Source: Candidatus Omnitrophota bacterium
Lineage (GTDB): Bacteria; Omnitrophota; Gorgyraeia; Duberdicusellales; 4484-171
DNA: 43,539 nucleotides
NCBI GenBank assembly: GCA_023819315.1
Contig: JAMWBQ010000002.1
Location: forward strand, 1-43,539
Direction of reading: 5' to 3'
Position 1 is the first letter of the stretch. Every line of letters starts with the position of its first letter. Below the pieces are notes generated by a model. The model saw nothing but the letters and a program-made list of their open reading frames with translations, was not told the origin of the DNA and ran no database searches. The translations under genes and the position numbers were made by a program. Shown one piece after another: positions 39,949 to 43,539 of the stretch.

Positions 39949-40209
39949 ATGAGTAGGATGATTCCCAAAGAAATTGAAAAAAAGATAAAAGAGATATTTT
40001 TAAAAGAGAAAGGGATCGAACCCGATAAGATTAAACCCGAGTCTTTATTAGTAGAAGATTTAGGGATAGATTCTTTCTCAGCTATTGAAATTATATATGC
40101 AATAGAAGAAACATTTAAAATAGATATTCCTGGAGGAGCTTTTAAGAATGTAGAAAGATTTAGCGATATAGTTAATTATATAGATAAGCGTTTAAAAAGT
40201 AAAAAATGA
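39949..40209 (+). CDS. Acyl carrier protein
   Basis: 86 aa; LVEDLGIDSFSAIEIIYAIEETFKIDIP with phosphopantetheine Ser in GxDS; SD AGGAAGG. Confidence 0.93.
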   Translation: MSRMIPKEIEKKIKEIFLKEKGIEPDKIKPESLLVEDLGIDSFSAIEIIYAIEETFKIDIPGGAFKNVERFSDIVNYIDKRLKSKK

Positions 40210-40215
40210 TATTTT

Positions 40216-41283
40216 ATGGATAAAGAAAAGATAAAAAGATGTAAACGGTGTGCTTTACCTGAAACTTATCCTGGCGTAAAATTTAGTGAGGAGGGTATTT
40301 GTAATTATTGCTTTTACTACGATATTTATAAAGAGCGGGAGAGTTCGATTAAAATACAATTAAAAAAAGAGTTTTTGAATTTGATAAATAGTTTAAAGAA
40401 AAAGAAAAAAAAATACGATTGTGTAGTAGCATATAGTGGAGGTAAAGATAGTACTTTTCTTTTGTACTTCTTGAAGAATAAATTTAAGTTAAATATATTA
40501 GCTCACACTTTGGATAATTGTTTTCTTTCTCCTCAAGCAGTGAATAATATAAAGGTAATAGTTAAGAGATTAAATATTGCACATATCTCTACAAAAATAC
40601 CCACTGAGTTATTGGTAAAGATATTAAAGTCAGATCTATCTTCTCCCTTGCCCTATCCGAAAGAACTTTTATCTATGATGAGTAGTGTATGCGTTGTCTG
40701 TCAAGGGATGGTTTTTGGCACAACGCTTAAGCAAGCGCAGAAATATAAGGTCCCACTTATGTTTATTGGATATACGCCTGGACAATATCCTATTATTAGC
40801 TTAGAAAATTATTTTAAGGTAAAATCTTGTGTTTATTTTTCCTCACAGGTATACAAAGATGACCCATTGGATATAATAAAGATAGCAAGAGATCCTTTAG
40901 ATGAACGATTTGGTAAAGAGATAGAACCTTACTATTTTAAAAGTCAGTATATTGAAAAAGATGAATTTGTTCCTAGCGTACTCTTCCCCTTTCATGCCCT
41001 TGTAGATTATGATGAAAAGATAATTTATGAAAAAATTTATGATTTGGGATGGAAGAAACCTCAGGATACAGATCCCTGTTCTACAAACTGTTTGTTAAAT
41101 ATGATTGGTAACTATTTCACGATGAAAAGATTTGGTTACCATCCTTATATTGGAGAATTAAGTTTTCTTGTAAGAGAAGGTAAATTATCGTATCAAAATG
41201 CTTTACAGTACGAATATATGGATGAAGCTGGCTTTGCTTCCCATCCCATAGTTAAACAATTAGGCTTGAGTAAATATTTATAG
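40216..41283 (+). CDS. PP-loop (AANH superfamily) ATPase, N-acetyl-sugar amidotransferase / thiotransferase-like
   Basis: N-terminal CKRC..LPETYPG..F...GICNYC, YDCVVAYSGGKDS PP-loop, central CVVC, GW..P.DTDPCSTNCLLN, GYHPY..E....VREG. Confidence 0.8.
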   Translation: MDKEKIKRCKRCALPETYPGVKFSEEGICNYCFYYDIYKERESSIKIQLKKEFLNLINSLKKKKKKYDCVVAYSGGKDSTFLLYFLKNKFKLNILAHTLDNCFLSPQAVNNIKVIVKRLNIAHISTKIPTELLVKILKSDLSSPLPYPKELLSMMSSVCVVCQGMVFGTTLKQAQKYKVPLMFIGYTPGQYPIISLENYFKVKSCVYFSSQVYKDDPLDIIKIARDPLDERFGKEIEPYYFKSQYIEKDEFVPSVLFPFHALVDYDEKIIYEKIYDLGWKKPQDTDPCSTNCLLNMIGNYFTMKRFGYHPYIGELSFLVREGKLSYQNALQYEYMDEAGFASHPIVKQLGLSKYL

Positions 41284-41285
41284 TT

Positions 41286-42833
41286 ATGGATAAGGCTTTA
41301 GATATTACCAACTTAAAAAAGATAGTTAAAATAGCTACTAAATTGTTTGAACCACTTAAAAATTATTTTTTATCACCCTATTCTGTTATTCCTATCCTTT
41401 CTCAAGTTTTAGGATTGAATACCCCTTTACTCGGCACAGGTAGTTCCCCTTATTCTATTTTTTTCATAGCTATTGATTTAGCAAAAGAAAAGTCTTTATT
41501 GAAAGAGGCATTTGAAATACCATTTTCCCAAAAAAGAATTATCGTTGACGAAATTTACGATGTAATAGCACCTTTTCTTTTGGGAGAAGAAAAAAATTAT
41601 ATTCATTTTTTAATTACTACGCGTTATAAAGGATATAATAAGAGCAAAATAAAAGAAAGGGTAGAAATTATTAAAGAATTTCTTTCAATTTTTCCTATGG
41701 ATAACCTCGGTGATTTTGCTCATATAGCCCATTACGGCTATGAGGAAGATTTGAATAGAGAGAACGCTTTTATAAGAAACTTTTCCCAAAGAGAGAAAGA
41801 AGCTTGGTTCCGAGATTCTTATCCCATAGTTAATGAGCTTGTATTGAGAAATAAAAGATTTGAGATTAAAGGATGGATTATTCTTGTGGCAAATTCCACC
41901 GATCAGCTACTTAGAGATAAAGAATTAAGAAAAAGAAAGATTTTTCAAGCTGCTAAGTTAGCTAATGTGTTGGGAGCAAAGATTGTTGGGATGGGGGGAT
42001 TAATAGCTTCTTTTGCTGAAGGAGGATACTATTTAACGGAAAGGTTTAAAGATGTAGGATTTACTACGGGACATGCTTATACGATAGGGAATTTACTTCA
42101 AAATGCAGAGAGAGTGAGTAATAAAGTAGGTTTAATTTTGACTAAAGCAATAGTGGGTATAGTGGGAGCTGCAGGGTCTATTGGTTCTGGTTGTGCGAAG
42201 CTTTTTGTAGATAAAGGTATAAGAAGATTAATTTTAGTGGAAACAACTGGTTTTGCTATAAAAAGAAAGCTTGAAATTTTAATTAAAGAATTAAGAGAGA
42301 TTAAAAAGGATGTAGATCTATTTATTTCAGATGATCTTAACGATATTAAAAGAGCTGATTTAGTAATTGTAGCAACCAATTCACCTTTTTCTATAATAAA
42401 GTCAAAATATTTAAAAGAAGGGGCAATTGTTATAGATGATTCTTTTCCTAAGAATGTATCTAAGAATATTCTTGAGCAACGTAAAGATATAATACTTTTA
42501 GAAGGAGGAGCAGTAACTTTACCTTTATATACAGATATTGATATCGCCAGGAATATGCCAGATTTAATGGATGCTCCTTTAACAAGGTTAATTAGTTGTA
42601 AAGAGGTGTATGGATGTTTTGCTGAAGTTTTGACTCTGGCAATAAGTGGACATAGAGGCAATTATGGTTTAGGAGTAGCTAACCCTAAGTTAGCTAGAGA
42701 TATAATCAATAAAGCGAATAAACTTGGTTTTCAACCTGCTCCTTTCCAATGTTTTGATCACGGAATAGAAGAGGATAGATTCAGAATAGTAAGAAGAATA
42801 ATAAAAAGGAGAATAGATCGTGAATTATTTTAA
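41286..42833 (+). CDS. Acyl-ACP reductase-like NAD(P)-dependent oxidoreductase (COG5322-type) with about 140-aa N-terminal extension
   Basis: FAHIAH, A..LGAKIVGMGG, FTTGHAYT, VGIVGAAGSIGSG Rossmann motif, IVIDDSFPKNV, LEGGAV, YGCFAEVLTLA (cf. catalytic ACFAE of cyanobacterial AAR), A..LGF. Confidence 0.75.
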   Translation: MDKALDITNLKKIVKIATKLFEPLKNYFLSPYSVIPILSQVLGLNTPLLGTGSSPYSIFFIAIDLAKEKSLLKEAFEIPFSQKRIIVDEIYDVIAPFLLGEEKNYIHFLITTRYKGYNKSKIKERVEIIKEFLSIFPMDNLGDFAHIAHYGYEEDLNRENAFIRNFSQREKEAWFRDSYPIVNELVLRNKRFEIKGWIILVANSTDQLLRDKELRKRKIFQAAKLANVLGAKIVGMGGLIASFAEGGYYLTERFKDVGFTTGHAYTIGNLLQNAERVSNKVGLILTKAIVGIVGAAGSIGSGCAKLFVDKGIRRLILVETTGFAIKRKLEILIKELREIKKDVDLFISDDLNDIKRADLVIVATNSPFSIIKSKYLKEGAIVIDDSFPKNVSKNILEQRKDIILLEGGAVTLPLYTDIDIARNMPDLMDAPLTRLISCKEVYGCFAEVLTLAISGHRGNYGLGVANPKLARDIINKANKLGFQPAPFQCFDHGIEEDRFRIVRRIIKRRIDRELF

Positions 42834-43539
42834 TTTATCCGCATTAATAGGAAGTAGCTCGGCAATAGTGATAAGTTTATTTGTATATTTTAAAGACAGG
42901 AAAAACCAAATTAATAAAATATTTGCTGTGTTAAGTATTAGTTCTGGACTATGGGGATTGGGATATTTTTCTGCCATCACTGTTATAGATAAATCGCTTG
43001 CATTATTTTATAGCCGAACGATGCACGCTATAGCTACACTTATTCCCCCCTTTTATTTTCATTTTGTTTTAATTATATCTAATTTTAATGAAAGAGTTAG
43101 AAAAAGATTATTATCTATTATGTATGGATTAGGTTTTGTCTTGTTGTTTTTTATTGGTACACCATGGTTTGTAAAGGATATGAAGCCAAAGCTTATTTTC
43201 CCTTGGTATAGTGAAGCTGGTATCGTATATAATTTCTTTACCATATATTTTTTTATTTTGATAGTTTATAGTTTTATAATTTTATGGCAAAAGATTAAAT
43301 ATTCCTTGGGTAGCAGAAGGATGCAAATTAAATATATATTATTTGCTTCAATATTTGGATTCTTAGGAGGAGCTACTACTTTCCCCTTAGTTTACAATAT
43401 ACCTATTTTACCGATTGGTATTATTTTATTCTCTTTCTATCCTTTAGTAATAGCCTACGCTATTATTAGACACCGGCTTATGGATATAAGGGTAGCGGTA
43501 ACCAAGGCGGGTATATTTTTTATTCTCTACGCAATAGTA
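42820..43539 (+). CDS. Membrane sensor with N-terminal 7TM (HisKA_7TM-like) domain; 3'-truncated by the window and absent from the ORF track
   Basis: GTG 42820 after SD AAGGAG; open for 240 codons to the window end: MNYFNLSALIGSSSAIVISLFVYFKDRKNQINKIFAVLSISSGLWGLGYF...IPPFYFHFV...QIKYILFASIFGFLGGATTF...IAYAIIRHRLMDI; multiple TM helices with the YAI.R..L.DI signature. Confidence 0.82.
   Translation, partial: MNYFNLSALIGSSSAIVISLFVYFKDRKNQINKIFAVLSISSGLWGLGYFSAITVIDKSLALFYSRTMHAIATLIPPFYFHFVLIISNFNERVRKRLLSIMYGLGFVLLFFIGTPWFVKDMKPKLIFPWYSEAGIVYNFFTIYFFILIVYSFIILWQKIKYSLGSRRMQIKYILFASIFGFLGGATTFPLVYNIPILPIGIILFSFYPLVIAYAIIRHRLMDIRVAVTKAGIFFILYAIV

Noticed and set aside
41286-42833. Cyanobacterial-type alkane biosynthesis
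   Set aside because: No ferritin-like aldehyde-deformylating oxygenase nearby; context is ACP/AANH/GNAT.
450-43244. All minus-strand ORFs in the track (e.g. 10868-11206, 32484-32945, 42098-42661, 43059-43244)
   Set aside because: Each lies antisense to a well-supported + strand gene and has no recognisable motif; they are shadow frames.
1-43539. rRNA, tRNA, CRISPR arrays, riboswitches, strong intrinsic terminators, SOS box at recA
   Set aside because: Intergenic gaps are nearly all under 70 bp and AT-rich; I saw no GC-rich stems, spaced repeats or cloverleaf patterns by eye.

Overview
AT-rich bacterial chromosomal window in which every convincing gene lies on the + strand. Gene content (dapL lysine route, PilZ proteins, 7TM sensor, T4P secretin) suggests a diderm anaerobe such as Omnitrophota/PVC, but that is inference only. 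From left to right: (1) the 3' end and right inverted repeat of a probable IS1202/ISNCY-type element; (2) about 30 kb of tightly packed housekeeping genes (hisC-aroF-tyrA-cmk-lepA-lysA-dapF-dapA-dapB-dapL-folK-recA-degP-recX-alaS-hisDBHA, PilZ, DUF362 Fe-S protein, AddAB-like helicase/nuclease, mgtA, DegT-type aminotransferase); (3) a type IV pilus locus (an unlisted 59-aa membrane protein, MshEN-PilB, PilC, pilin, PilM-PilN fusion, PilO, PilP, secretin); (4) the most unusual part, 38.6-43.5 kb: a LuxI/FeeM-like acyltransferase, a PilZ protein, a second-type acyl carrier protein, a Cys-rich PP-loop (AANH) ATPase, an acyl-ACP-reductase-like enzyme and an overlapping 7TM sensor gene that the ORF track missed. 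I read block 4 as a candidate undescribed ACP-templated lipid-signal synthase plus receptor system linked to c-di-GMP and pili. All family calls come from motif recognition by eye; no searches were run.
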